In this document: one piece after another, positions 24,912 to 38,822 of the stretch | Layout: each line of letters opens with the position of its first letter | How positions within the stretch are numbered: the first letter of the stretch is position 1 | DNA from: Octopus vulgaris | Taxonomy: Eukaryota | Reading direction: 5' to 3' | Assembly (NCBI GenBank): GCA_951406725.2 | Contig: OX597814.1 | Coordinates: forward strand, 7,998,001-8,062,000 | Length of the DNA stretch: 64,000 nt | Position numbers and translations under genes: made by a program | Notes under the pieces: model-generated | The model's database searches: none | Told to the model about the DNA's origin: nothing | Seen by the model: the letters and a program-made list of their open reading frames with translations, nothing else

Positions 24912-27905
24912 AACATCCTTATGTGGTGTAAAGATTAGAAAATGGCAACATTCCCACAAAAAGCCTTCTTGGCAAGAGCGTTTGAAACAACAAATTAAAC
25001 TATTTAGATCTGACATTGAATATTTGAAAAACCTTAAGGTTCACAAGACTACCAAACCTACAAAAACCCAAAAATTAATGAAAAAATACAATATGAAAAC
25101 TACACTTGATATTGATGCCACCATAGAAACCATCAAACAAAAGGTATCTGCTAAAGCTGCCCGCATAGCGAGGTATGAAAAGCGTATTAGATTCTTCAGG
25201 GACAACAGCATGTTCAAAAATAACCCCAAAAATGTTTACAGGAAGATAGGAAAAACAGCAGTTACTGTAAGGTCTGTACCATCAAAAGAAGAAGTGCAGG
25301 GATTTTGGAATAAAATTTGGGCAGAAGAAAAAACACACAACGAAAATGCCCCCTGGATTGATAGAATATCTACAGAACTGGACCCCTTAGAAGAGCAAAA
25401 GTGGGAGGGTGTCAAGGTAGAAGATATAAGATCTGCTCTCAGGAGGTCAAGTAAATGGAAGTCTCCAGGAAAGGATAAAATTCCTAACTTCTGGCTGAAT
25501 GCCTTCCCAGAGAGCCATGAACTGCTAACAGAACTGTACAATGATGTTTTGCAACACCCTAGTAGGATGCCTCCTTGGCTAGTTAATGGGTTAACATTCC
25601 TGCTTCCAAAAAGTGAAGAAACAAATGAACCAAAAAACTATAGACCCATAACCTGCTTAACAATTATGTATAAAACGCTAACATCTGTCCTGACAGAATA
25701 TACTTATAGTTTTTTAACAGACAGCAGCATATTCCCTAATGAACAGAAAGGATGTAAACGTGGATCCTATGGTTGTAAAGATCAACTACTCATCAATAAG
25801 GTGATCTTAGAAGATTGCCACAAACGACACAAAAACTTATCAATAGCCTGGATAGACTATAAAAAGGCTTTTGATAGCCTACCACATAGCTGGATTAAGA
25901 AATGCCTGGAAATGTATAAGATAGCTCCTACTCTGCGAAACTTTTTGTCTGTAAGTATGAGATCATGGAGAACCACACTAACTCTGAACAGTCACAATGA
26001 ATCTCTAAATGCTGGTGATGTAAAAATTTTGTGTGGCATTTTCCAGGGTGACTCACTGTCACCACTCCTCTTTTGTTTAGCCTTAATACCTCTCTCAAAA
26101 CTGCTCAATGATGCACAGTACGGATATAAAATGTTGGATAAAAATATAAATCATCTCATTTACATGGATGATTTAAAGCTTTTTGCAAAAAATGACCAAC
26201 AACTCAAGGGCTTACTAACGATTGTTAAACAATTCAGTGATGACATCAGAATGCAATTTGGCCTCAATAAATGTGCAAAAGCTACCTTTATCAAAGGAAA
26301 AATGACAGAAACATCTAACGTTAACCTTGACCAGCAGAATGTCATAAAAGAGTTAGACACAGCGGAGAGCTACAAGTACCTAGGGGTAATTGAAGGGGAC
26401 GGAATAAGGCATTCACAGATGAAGGAAAGGATCAGGAGAGAATGTTATCGAAGAGTGAGAACAATACTCAAGACAGAGCTGAATGCAAGAAACAGGATCG
26501 AAGCGATCAATACTTTAGCCATACTAATCATGACTTACGTTTCAATATCGTTAACTGGTCAATTACTGAAATATGTCAGCTTGACAGAAAAATACGAAAA
26601 CTGTTGACAATGCATAGAATGCACCACCCTAAGGCAGATATAGAGCGACTTTATCTGCCAAGAAAAGAGGGAAGTCATGGTCTTTTACAACTGGCAATAA
26701 CAATGAAGATTGCTACAATTAGCCTAGACACCTACCTGAAAAAGTCTGAGGACTGGATGTTAAAACTTGTCTCAAAACATGAAAACAAGAAAGCATCATA
26801 CTCAGTAACAAAACAGGCAAAGGAATATCTAAGTGAATTCCGAACACAACAAATTTTGGAATTAGACACACAAGAAACAAGCACAGAAAAAGCTAAGCGC
26901 ATGAAAACACATGCTAAAACTGCTGCCTTAGATATTCTGAATGATAAATGGCAAGAAAAACTTCTCTAAGGCAAATACCCAAAGAGAGCGAATAATGCAG
27001 ATGTTGACAAAGTGCTGACCCATCAATGGCTAATGGCCTCTGGCTTAAAATCTGAAACAGAAGGGTTTATCATAGCAGCTCAAGATCAATGCCTAACTAC
27101 AAGGAACTACCAGACCAACATATTAAAGAACGGCAGTAGTCCAACATGTCGTGTATGTCAACAACAAAAGGAAACCATTGATTATGTTGTCTCCAAGTGC
27201 AGTTTTTCTAGCGCCTACAGAGTATCTCAACAGGCATGATAGAGCTGCACAATATATTCACTGGGTAATTTGCAAAAACCTGGATTTACCCCATGAAAAA
27301 AACTGGTGTGAACACAATCCACCTCCAGTGCTTGAAAATGACCACATCTCACTCCTCTGGAACTTCACCATTCAAACTAACAGAAAGATAGATGCAAATA
27401 GGCCAGACATCATACTGAAAGACTTCAGACAAAGAACATGCCTCCTCATTGATATGACTGTCCCAATCTATATAAACGTATCTGTGAAGACCTACCAAAA
27501 ACTGAGCAAATATAAAGATCTTGAAATAGAAATCAGCAAAATGTGGAACCTGAAGACTAAAACAATACCTGTTGTCATCGGTGCCCTGGGAATGATAGCG
27601 AAAGGGGCTGATCGCTACCTAACTCAGATACCAGGAACCCCAAAATGGCAGAAATTCAAAAGATAGTGCTCATGGGAACTGTTCATATCCTACGCAAAAT
27701 ACTCTCTATGTAATCTCAAGGTTTAAAACAAACATTTTTTTTTTTTTATTTATTTATTAGACATTCACTAGTACAACACCAAATAAAACCCAAATATATG
27801 GCACACTAGGCATAACAACAACGTGAACTTCCAACCTGTTGTCTCTTGAGGTCTCTGGGTGAGACTTGGAGCCAACTTGTACAAATATAAAGCAAAAGTC
27901 AAACA
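24912..27905 (+). mobile_element. R4/Dong-clade LINE, 5'-truncated, between two (TAA)n tracts
   Basis: ORF 24838-26607 WKSPGKD, NYRPITCL, KAFDS, GIFQGD, YMDD; CRVC..ETID, DANRPDII; (AAT)n at both ends. Confidence 0.95.
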
Positions 27906-27906
27906 T

Positions 27907-27941
<35 letters not shown>

Positions 27942-27972
27942 AATGATGATAATGATAATTATGATGATAATG

Positions 27973-28018
<46 letters not shown>
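27906..28018. repeat. (AAT/GAT)n microsatellite
   Basis: Seen directly. Confidence 0.95.
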
Positions 28019-28019
<1 letters not shown>

Positions 28020-28020
<1 letters not shown>

Positions 28021-30110
28021 GAAGGAAGCGGGTGGAGTCTCCCCATGTCCTGATTAAAGATACATCTAGTGATGGTGTCACAATAAAAACATTGGTAATT
28101 ACGCAACCCGATAATGGCCACCTCATATGAATGTCAACGAAAAACAAAATATTGTGAATGATGGTGGGAATGAAACTGAAGCCAATTTTGGTGACAGAGT
28201 TACACCCAGTAGGCTCAGAGAATCTGGTCCAGCTCCACCCTGTCGATATCCAGAAAGGAACCACCACACACGGAGTAGATGGAGCAAGCAAATTAATGCT
28301 GTGGTCATGGAGTGTTGCTACCTAAGCAGCCAGGTAGATGAAAATGGTACTCAAATAAGGGGTTATGGGATGACTCTAGAGCAATAAGAACAAATTGTTA
28401 GTTCACAGAAGTAGAGCTTGAAGCTATCAAAAGGCAGGTCCTGGAAAATAGCATCAGAGATAACGATGAGAATACAGTTCTTAATAATAAAAGTAATCCC
28501 ACAGCACAAGAGAGGAGCAGTGGTAGTTAACTTGATGAGAGACATATAGATGATCTAAAAGAAGACAATAAAACTAATGGCAGCATGACAGACGAACAAA
28601 AGGCAATCTATGCCAGAATAAAGGCAAGACTACAGGAGAACGATAACGACACTATTTGCAACCTTAAAAATGTTGATTGATGGAAATTGAACCAAGAAAC
28701 GAAAAATGTGAATGAAATTCTGAAATACATCAGAACAAACAACATCACAGAAACAAATAATTTGATCAAGGCAGCAAGTATTGTTGTAGCAGAAAACGTG
28801 GGTGTTGAGGTCAAGAAAAAGAAACACAATGGGAGTGACAAAAGAAAAGATCCATGGTGGAAAAGAAGGATCCTGGCAAGGTTAGACATGCTCTCGAAGG
28901 AAATCTCTGTGTTAGACCGAAAAGAGAAAGGGGAGCTTAAATGCAAACAAAAATAGAGGGCGCTGAAAAGGAAGTATAATATTGAAAGAAAGGGCCTGAA
29001 AGTGGTAATGGAGGAACCGAAACAGTGCCTTGTTGCAAAGAAAGCAAAGATGGTAAGATTCGACCAAAGAATGAAGGGTTACCACCAGAACAGGTTTTTA
29101 AATTTAGATCAGAAGAGATTCTATAAAGAAATAAATGGAGAATGTACAGGTGAAAAGTTGATACCAGATAATATAGAAAGTCAAAGGTCTTGGAGTGACA
29201 TCTGGAGCAAAGAAAAGGAGCACAAGAAGAATGCTGAATGGTTGCAAGAACTGAAACAAACAGTGGTCTGTCCAAAACTGGCAGAACTCGCCATTTCAGT
29301 TAGGGAAGTGGAGGAAATCAGCAAAAAAGCAAAAAAAAATAGGCAACTGGAAGGCACCTGGGACCAGATGGAGTTCAAGGTTACTGGATCAAGAGATTTG
29401 GTGATTGTCACGCATGAATAGCTGCACAACTCAACACCTTGTTAAATGTCGACCAAGGGACACCAGAGTGGTTGACATTGGTTAGGACAGTGCTGTGCTT
29501 AAAAAACATCGAAAAAGTCACTACAGTAGACAATTACAGGCTGAGATCCTGCTTGCCACTTATGCGGAAGTTCTTGACTGGAATACTCGCAGAGTCAATG
29601 TAAGAACGTCTGGAAAAAATGGAGTCCTCCCACATGAGCCGAAGGGTTGCAAGTATAAGTGCAGAAGTATCAAGGATCAACTCCTGATAGATAAAAATGT
29701 ACTCAGAGACTGCAAGAGGAGGAAAAGTAACTTAGCCATGTCATGGATCGACTATCGTAAGGCATATGTTATGATTCCACGTTCTTGGATTATGGAGTGT
29801 ATGAGCCTATTTGGTAATGCATCAAGTGTTGAGTGATTGCTTGGTAAAAGTATGGCGAATTGGAGGACGGAACTGACAGTATACAGAAGAAGTTTAGGGA
29901 CAGGAGAAATTAGGAGGGGCATCTTCCAAGGAGACTGTCTGTCCCCACTGATCTTTGTACTGTGCTTGATACCACTAACACTGATTCTGAGGAAAGCAAA
30001 GGCTGGGTGTGTATTCAAAAGCTGCCAACAAAAAGTCAACCATTTGTTATTCATGGATGACCTCAAACTTTTTGGTAAAGATGAATCCCAAGTCAGTTCC
30101 CTGACTTCTA
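28020..30110 (+). mobile_element. R4/Dong-clade LINE, 5' part through RT, 3'-truncated
   Basis: RWSKQINAVVMECCY N-terminus, PWWKRR, DQLLID, GIFQGD, LFMDDLKL; starts right after (TAA)n. Confidence 0.88.
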
Positions 30111-30114
30111 TTAT

Positions 30115-31345
30115 CCTTTATATTTATTAATAATATAAATATATATTAAGTTATTGCATGAAAGTATATGCGACCATGAGTAGATTGGTTTTGAGGTATC
30201 ACTTTAACCGTCATTCATTGCCCTTGCTCTTGAAAAAGCTACATAAAGCTGGCCACGAGTGAAGCATGGCTGTGGCAAATGTATTCCAACTCTATTGAAT
30301 GATTGCCATTGTGCTTTATTGATTGTCATAGAATAGGACAGACAAACTAGGAACTGGGTCCGATGCAGAATGCATGGAATGTTTGTATTGCTTGGAGTAA
30401 GCTTGATTCTTGGAATCAGTTCTCTCGTGTGAGAATGAGATCCACTTATAATTGATGCTTCGATGCTATGCTCATGGAGCTGAAGTACTTCCAAGAGAGT
30501 TCCGTTGCATAGAGCTTGTGTTATAGAGAAGTTTCTAAGACGCATAATAATTGCTCCAACTTTTCAGTTAATGCAATGAGGAAGCATTCCAGAAGGTGTA
30601 AGAGAGTTTATAAACTTCATGGGATAATTCTGGGCTTCTTCTTCATTATCAGAAGTTATTGAGTCGGTGCTTAGATATGTCTTAGTTTCAGGGGGCAATC
30701 TCCTTAGAATTTCTTCATTTACTGCTGAGCAGTCTGAAGTTTTAGGGAATAAGATCACTCTATTTTTCATTTCTTCTGCTGTACAATTGTCAAATATATT
30801 AGATACCATAGAATTGTTACACATGCATGCCTCAGGAATATCAATAGCATCTTCTGAAAGATCATCAAGAGAGCTTTGAAGAAATCCACTTCCAAGTTGT
30901 AGCAGCCACTTCGGAAATCTTGTCCATTTGCATTTGTTTTCATGTTTTGTGTAAGTTGCATTTGATGAAAATTATCCCACATAGAGGAGCGTTTGAGGCA
31001 GGCATCAAGTCCAGCTGCAGGAGGAGCTCTGGGAATAACTGGGAGAACTTATCTAACATCTCCTCCTAGTACAATAATTTTCCCACCAAATATACTGTTA
31101 CTATTCATAATAGCTCTTAAACAATTGTCTACAGCTTCCAAAGCATAAACTGGTATCATTGAAGCTTCGTCAATAATGAAGACTTTTACTTGCCTAAGAA
31201 TGTTTCCTTGATCAGAATTTGGTGGAACATTGCACACATTTATTTCACTCAAAGGAAATGGAAGCTTGAATATACTGTGAAGATTTACCACTACCTTGCA
31301 AAAGAGTTGTAGCAACGCTAGTCCAGAAGCCAAGGGAAATAACTT
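30115..31345 (-). mobile_element. Helitron PIF1-like helicase fragment, degenerate
   Basis: IIDEASMI, FGGKIIVLGGD, LCNGT, MTINKAQ, GQLYVAFSR helicase motifs; broken by frameshifts and stops. Confidence 0.88.
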
Positions 31346-31471
31346 GAATTTAATCCTGACTTATCTCCCTTAGCAAGATAAACACCGACGGTGCAGGTGT
31401 AATAATATGGAGATAATAAATAAATAAATAAATAATTAAATAAGAACCCTGTATTGTTGTGGACAACTTAC

Positions 31472-31677
31472 TCGAGATTCTGTCAAGTCCACATCAAATG
31501 GTATTTTCTGAGTTGTTAATAGAGAATCGTACTCCTTTTTAACAGTTTCTATAGCATTGTCAAGATTTTTGTATTCAGCAAAGAATTTCAATGTGACACC
31601 AACGTCTTTTTGACCAGCAGAGACATTATCTTCTATTTCTTCATCTTCATCATCTTTATCATCTATATCTTCATCAT
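31472..31677 (-). CDS. PARP14: Macro-PARP exon: acidic linker plus KH-like segment
   Basis: ttcttctatttcag / gtaagt; 206 nt, phase 1->0; DEDIDDKDDEDEEIEDNVSAGQKDVGVTLKFFAEYKNLDNAIETVKKEYDSLLTTQKIPFDVDLTESR. Confidence 0.85.
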
Positions 31678-32074
31678 CTGAAATAGAAGAAATATTTATT
31701 TTGTCAATGAAAAATAACCAAACAAGCAGAAGATTTCTTATGTTGCAGCTTCAAGATTAAATAATAATTCTAGTGTTTTCTGTTTTTCTGTTTAGTGAAG
31801 AGTTATAAGTTCCTGAAATAATGAAGTTAACCTGAAAAAGACTATCACCTTATCCCTGTGGGGAGTGATATCAACTGCTCTTTAATTATTGCTATATATT
31901 ACCATCTTGTACATCACTGCTACCATCTTGGGACTCTTGAATAGTGAATGATGTCAAATGTTGTTTAATTATTTCTTCATTTACATTCAAGTTGAAAATT
32001 TCTTTAATTAATGATAAATATTTTGAGAAACCCTAACAAAAAAGATAATTTCTGTTGCATTCAACTAAATTTGA

Positions 32075-32385
32075 ACAGGCCTCACAGAGGCAATGGCCAA
32101 GACCTTTGGCATAATGTCATGCTTAAGAAGAAGACCCATCAAGCTAAGCAAAATCACAGTCATGGCAGATACAGTCAAGGTCACGCAAATGGCACCCATG
32201 CCAGTGGCACATAAAAGCACCCATTACACTCTTGGAGTGGTTGGCATTAGGAAGGGCATCCAGCCATAGAAAACTCTGCCGAATCAGACTGGAGTCTGGT
32301 GCAGCCTTCCAACATGCCAGCTCAGTCAAACCATCCAACCCATGCCAGCATGGACAACAGATGGTAAATGATGATGATGATAGTG
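32075..32385 (+). mobile_element. RTE/SINE 3' tail with (GAT)n
   Basis: gagtggttggcattaggaagggcatccag...ccaacccatgccagcatgg...gatgatgat, shared with many copies in the window. Confidence 0.8.
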
Positions 32386-32599
32386 ATAATACAGAATTTA
32401 CTAAAATATCCTAGTCATTACTAAGCTGGTAACTGGAGCATAAATTAACAGCAATAGTAATAATGATAAGAAAGGAAATAACAATGTCAGATGCATTTTG
32501 AAGCAGTCAAGATAAAAAACACAGATGAACATTGCCTTAATTCAGGTTGTGAGAGACCTGAATTTATACAGAAACTCTAGTGATAACAAATGAGGCTAG

Positions 32600-33151
32600 A
32601 CCTTTAAGGGAAGGCTTCTCACTCAGCAGTGGTTGAAGAAGGAAATGGGGGCAATGGTGCAGCTCTATCGAGAAAGTGAATCCAAAGTAAGGGGTTACAG
32701 GAAATGCATGTTAATGCTTTGGCTGCAAAAATGTATGTTTGAAGTAACAGAGCAGAGACTAGTGAACTAAGCTAATGCTATTAGGAGAAGAAAGTGGATG
32801 ACAGAATTGGCAATGGAAAAGATCACAAGACAACAAAAAAGAGAGAGGTCAAAAATTAGAACAGCTAAACAACATCAGTGATACAGTTCAAGCAAATGAA
32901 GAGCCTAGAAGACAAAACAATAACTGATCAGGAAAAGAAACCTGACACCAGCAACATAAGTGAGGAAGATGAGCAGATTTTAAATAAGTTGAAGGAAGTA
33001 ATGGGTAAAGAAGACAGGAAAAAGATGACCAGCATTAAGAGGAAGTTGCTAGATGTTACCAGAAAAGTATGTTCTGTTATCAGTAGGATAGGTACTAAAA
33101 ATATAGTAGACACTAACTTATTGATCTCTGCAGGACGTGGGGTAGTAGTTA
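32600..33151 (+). mobile_element. R4/Dong N-terminal fragment
   Basis: VRGYRKCM...VTEQRLV..ANAIRRRKW, TNLLISAG; similar to the N-terminus of the 28020 element. Confidence 0.65.
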
Positions 33152-36100
33152 TGTTGTGGTGAATAGAGAGTAACACCCCTGTGGGATTGAAAGTAGATTC
33201 ATAAAAGAGTAACGTACTTCATTGAGAGGCAGAAGGCATTTGGAGTCTGACGTTGAAGTATTAGTAGTGTGTCATGTGAATACATTGCTTTTGCCCAGCT
33301 TCCATTTTAATCCTACATCCAAACAACAAGAATATAAAAGTGATGATGAGGTGTTTGAAGCTTGCATTCAGATGCTCAAATGTTTTTGTACGAAAAAATC
33401 GTTAACATGGAGGACTTATTGGCCTGCATAGTGCAGTTGCAAAAGCAGCAACAACAACAAAACCAACAGTTGGTGCATGTAATATTCAAGATATCCAAAA
33501 GTATGTCATAGTCATTGTCAGCAGACAATGGAGTAAACTGAACTGGAGGAGAGTTCAGTTATGACTCAGAAGAAGAAGAAGGAACAACATTTTCTGCACA
33601 TTTTTGAAGAGACGAAGAAATCTTGAACAAGAACATCAAAACTGGACTGACAAGAAAGAAGTGGGACCACTTTTAAGAAAGTTATCCCCTGCTGAAGAAT
33701 CCAGCTGAGATTTGTTTTGAGGAAATAATTTTTATTGAAAATTTTCAATGAAATGAGTTCCCGGTTCAATACTCACTGGCAGTATTTAAATTTGGTTGCG
33801 AAATATGATGAAAATTTCGTCATCTATGGTGGGGTTGTTAACAGAGAATGTGAAAAATTCAAATTAAATAAACTGACCTCAGACATGTTCAAATGTCTAA
33901 TTTTCGTTCTAGGGCTAACCGAAAGCAAAGATGCAGGTACACATTCTCAGATATTAACAAAATTAGAACAGAACCAGAAATTAACTCTACAGGCAGTAGC
34001 AGAAGGATGTGAGAGAATTATGAATTTAAGGCATGATACTGATGTAAGTGAAGAAAAGATTGCTCTTATATTTATGTATGCCAACCTGTAAAGGATTAGA
34101 AAAAAGAAAAGAAAAAATATATCAAGATCGAATGCTATGGGTGCAAAGGTTTACATTTTAAATGTAATTGACCATTCCAAAAAGTAAAAAACATTTTCAG
34201 TGTGGAAAAATCGGACATAAAAGCTCACATTGTAGAGTGAAACAAAAAGAGGTTGAATGAAAAAACTTCTGTCAAGAAAGTATTCATTATCATCATTTAA
34301 CGTCCATTGTTCAGGCTGGCATGGGTTGGACGGTCTGACCAGGGCTGGTAAGCTGGAAGGCTGCACCAGACTCCAGTCTGGTTTGGCATGATTGCTATGG
34401 CTGGTTGCCCTTCCTAATGCCAACCAATCCAAGAGTGTAACAAGTGCTTTTACGTGCCATCAGCATGAGTGCCATTTGCATGACAGTGGAGTGTGTTTAC
34501 ATTCCACCGGCACAGGTGCAAATTTATGTGACACTGGTATAGCTATGACTGCAGTTTTACTTGGCTTCATGGGTCTTCTTCTCAAGCATAACATAATGCC
34601 AAAGTTCTTGGTCATTGCCACCATGAGGCCCAACACTTGAAAAGAACTCAACCACTTTGCCTCCATGAGGCACAACGTTCAAAAAATGTTCATTACTTGC
34701 CACCAGTGTGGGTGCACTTGGCTTGATGGGTCCTCTCAAGTACAGCACATCACCAAAGGTCTCGGTCACTAGTCATTGCCTCTGTAAGGCTCAAAAATTG
34801 TGCTTCACCACATCATCCCATATCTTCCTGGGTCTACCTCTACTATGGGTTCCCTCAGCATTTATAGATTGGCATTTCTTTACACAGCTGTCCTCACTCA
34901 TATGCATCACATGACCATACCAGTGCAGTCGTCTCTCTTGCACACCACACCTGATGCCTCTCATGACTGACTTTTCTCTCAAGATGCTTACACTCTGCGA
35001 AACATGCACACTGACATTGCACACCCAGCAAAGCATACTGGCTTCATTTCTTTCAATCCTACGCATCTCCTCAGCTGTCACAGCCCATGTTTCGCTGCCA
35101 TGCAGCATAGCTGTTCACACACAGGTTTCATACAATCTGCCTTTCACTCTGAGAGAGAGGCCCTTTGTTGATAGCAGGGGTAGGAGCTCCCTGAACTTTG
35201 CCCAGCCTATTCTTATTCTCACAACTATGCTCTCAGAGCATCCATTTCTGCTACTAACTTGGTCACCTAGATAATGGAAGCTATCTACTACCTCTAGTTT
35301 TCCCCACCGGCAGTTGATGGAGTCTATTTTCTGCATATTTTCAGTGTTTATTGTACCTGTGTACCTTCCACATACGAAAGCTACTTTACTTGTTAATCTT
35401 CCTCTGATGTTGCTGCATCTTTTATGTTGTGTGTCCAAAGCTTACACTGGGTGCATCTTATGCAGTTTCTACCTACGCCTTTTCTATAGGTCGGGCAGGT
35501 CTGTCTACCTGAGGAGATTTGTGATTTGTCTGCCTTCCTACTTACTATGACTTTGATTCTAGACCTTGCTTCCATACCTGGAACTTCTCTAGTTCAGTTA
35601 GTGATTTAGCTATAAGAGTAAGATCATTAGCATAGAGGAGCTCCCAGGCGCAACTTGTCTTGAATTCCTCTGTTATTGCGTGGAGGACTATAATGAACAA
35701 GAGGGGGCTGATGACTGATCCTTGGTGAACCCCTACTTGTACCCTCAATTCTTCACTGTACTCATTGCCAATCCTCACTTTACTGGTAGTGTCCTTGGAC
35801 AAGGCTTCTTGGGCTCTCACCAGCCACTCACCTATCCCTAGTTTATGCATTAACCACCAGATAAGGGATCAGGGGACCCTGTCAAAAGCTTTCTCCAAGT
35901 CAACAAAAGCCAAGAACAGAGGTTTATCTTTGGTTAGGTATTTCTCCTGCAGCTGCCTTATCAGAAATATAGCATCAGGGGTGCTTCTACCTTGCACAAA
36001 ACCAAACTGCATCTCATCTAGGCTAATTCTCTCCCTAATTAATTGTGATATGACTCTCTCTGCAACTTTCGTCAACTGAGCCAACAATTTGATAGCTCTG

Positions 36101-38822
36101 TAATTATTCATCTAGGGCATCACCTTTGCCTTTGTAGCAGTTGACTATGGTGTTACTACACCAGTCAATGGGTATGATTTCTTCGTGAACCACCTGATTG
36201 ACTATATGAGTGACTAGACCATAACCCACACTGCCAGATATTTTAAGCATCTCACCAGTGATTCCTGAATGGCTGGGATGTTTTCCCTACCTTCATATCC
36301 TTAATTGCTTTATATACTATGTTGATTCGGATAGCTGGTCCCTCAGTTGGGTCAATATTTGCCAGACTCTCTTCCTCCCATTCTTTCTCCACATTCAGCA
36401 GTCTTTCCTAATAACATCTCCAAGCCTCTTTCTTTGCAGAATCATTAAAAGCTAGTGCACCATCATCCATGCAGATGCATTTCTCTTCTGTGACATCACA
36501 ATTTTCTCTCACACACCGTCTTGCAATCCAAAACACTTCAGTTCTTTGGTCCTCATCATGCTGAACATAAGCAAATGTCTTCTTTTCTGCTTCTCCCTTG
36601 GCTAGATATACCTGTCTCCTAGCTATCTGATACAGTTCCCTGCTACCCAACACTTCCAGACCTGTTTCTTTGCTCGAATAGCCCTATCTAGAGTATTATT
36701 CCACCACAATGTTACCCTAGGTCTGGAAGGGACTTGCACCAGCCACAGATTTGGTCTGTGGCACTCAGCAAGCTGTCTCACAGGAATTCCCAGCTGCCTT
36801 CTGTGTCACAGAACTGTAGCTCTTCCTCCCTATCATCAAATTTCTCAATTAGGATGTCCCTAAATCTCTGATCATGTGAAGGGTTCTTAAGTTTCCAAGT
36901 CCTTCTTTTCCACATTGGTCTGCTTCTTGGCATCCTTCTGGTCTGGAGTCTAAAGTCACTAATGACTAGTCTATGCTAGAGGGTACATTCTTCACCAGGG
37001 AGGGTCTTTGTATTTAAGAGCAACCATGCATCCTGTTGTCTGGTGAGGATGAAATTGATCTAGCTAGCAGAGTCACCTGACTGATAGGTTATTGAATGAC
37101 TGACTGGCTTCCTGAAATTGGTGATGTAGATCAAAAGGTTTTTGCATCACAGAACTTCAGGAGCCTAGTTCCCTCTTCATTTCAGGAACCAATACCATGG
37201 CCCCCATGAACACCATGGAAGATACCAGGATGCCATCCAACATGCCTGTTGAAATCCCCAGCCACAAAGATGAGATCATTGTCGTTCGTCCTTGAGGTAG
37301 CCTGCAGCGAGGCTCAGAAATGAAAATTTGTGTCCATAAAAATGAATAATGTGAACATCATGTTACAACTGGATACAAGCAGTAATATCATGATAATTAA
37401 CACAGATACGTGGAGGAAAATCAGGAAGCCTAGACTGAAGGAAACTTTGAAAATTGCTTCTTGTGTTTCAGGAAAAAAATTAATTTTTAAGGGTGAAATG
37501 ATAAGTGATGTTACCTTTCGTGGAAAAACCTTAAAAGCCAAACGTTTTATGCTGAATAATACAAAAAATTTATTTAGAACAGACTGCATGGAATTATTTA
37601 AATTATAGGACCTCTCCATAATTTATTTCTGTAAAACGTGAATGGTTCTTTCTGCCAGTACAAATAAAGTGTCAGACAAATTATAAGAAATGATTAAAAA
37701 GGAATTTTCCCAAAGTTTTTTCTAATCAGTTAGGTGCTTGCACCAAAACAAAGGCTAAGTTTGATGTAAACGAAAACATTTCTCAGTATTTAAACCAAAA
37801 TGAACTGAACCCTTCACAACAAGTCAACAAAGAATTAAATAGACTTGAAAAACTTGGGGTTATTGAAAAGATTTATTACATTCAATGGCATCACCAACAG
37901 TTTATGCGAATAAAAAAAAAATAACAAAATCTGTGTATGTGCTGATTTTTCAACAGAGTTAAAGGAATGTTTGATGCTATATAATTACCTGTTACCAAGT
38001 CCAGAAGAAATTTTTGTGATGTTGAATGGAGGAAAATTTTTTTCAAAGTTGGACCTATCTGAAGCATATTTGCAGGTAAAAGTTGATGAAGAATGTTCAA
38101 AATTATTAACAATAAATACCCATAAAGGATTATACAAATTTAATCAACTTCCTTTTGGCATAAAGGTAGCACCAGACATTTTCCAACAAGTTATGGACAC
38201 TACACTTGCAGATTCATATTTCACTACAGCTTACCTTGTTGACATGCTCATAAAAAGCGAATTTTGTGCTCAGCAAGATGAGCATGTTAAAAAGATCATC
38301 CCACAAAATAAAAGATTAAAGCTCAGCGAGGAAAAGTGTGAATCTTTTATGCCAAGAATAAAATATCTAGAGCAGATTATTGATGAAAATGTATGTAGAC
38401 CAGATCCATTAAGGGTGAGTGCAATAAAAAATATTACAAGCATTTTGGGGGCTTGCAAATTGCTACCAGGTATACATACTGAATATGCATGATTTAAGAG
38501 CACTCCTGAATAACTTGTTAAAAAAGGCATTAAGTGGAATTGGCAAGACATGTGCCAAAAAGCTTTTGAAGAAATTAAAAACATTCTAATGTCAGAATTG
38601 TTGTTATCACATTTTGACTCAAACTTAGAAATAGTAATGGTATCAGACGATCGTGACAGTGGTATTGGAGCTGTGATTTTACACAAAAATGAAGAGTGTA
38701 GCCTGAAAGCTGTAGCTCATGCTTCACATTCCTTATTGCCAGGTAAGAAAAGTTACTGTCAGATAGAGAAGGAAGGATCAGCTATCATATTTTCAGTAAA
38801 GAAATTCCATAAATTTATACAT
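33152..38822 (+). mobile_element. Ty3/Gypsy LTR retrotransposon (K02A2.6-like), 5' half: LTR, gag, protease, RT, RNaseH; interrupted by an RTE
   Basis: LTR starts TGTTGTGG at 33152; gag FKCLIFVLGL, CYGC knuckle; LQLDTSS protease (37330-); FSKLDLSEAYLQ..LPFGIK RT; QIEKEG..FHKFIH RNaseH. Confidence 0.88.
34270..37313 (-). mobile_element. RTE LINE (partial APE, RT, 3' tail) nested in the Gypsy element
   Basis: GDFNRHVG, QFGFVQGRSTPDAIF, KAFDRVP, LYAND, HGSETW; tail and (GAT) end at ~34270. Confidence 0.92.

Noticed and set aside
19367-26607. Long RT ORFs (535 aa and 589 aa) as active or domesticated genes
   Set aside because: Both are pieces of frameshifted, truncated Dong elements; no intact full-length ORF
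30204-31333. Cellular PIF1 helicase gene
   Set aside because: Intronless, frameshifted and intronic; fits a Helitron remnant
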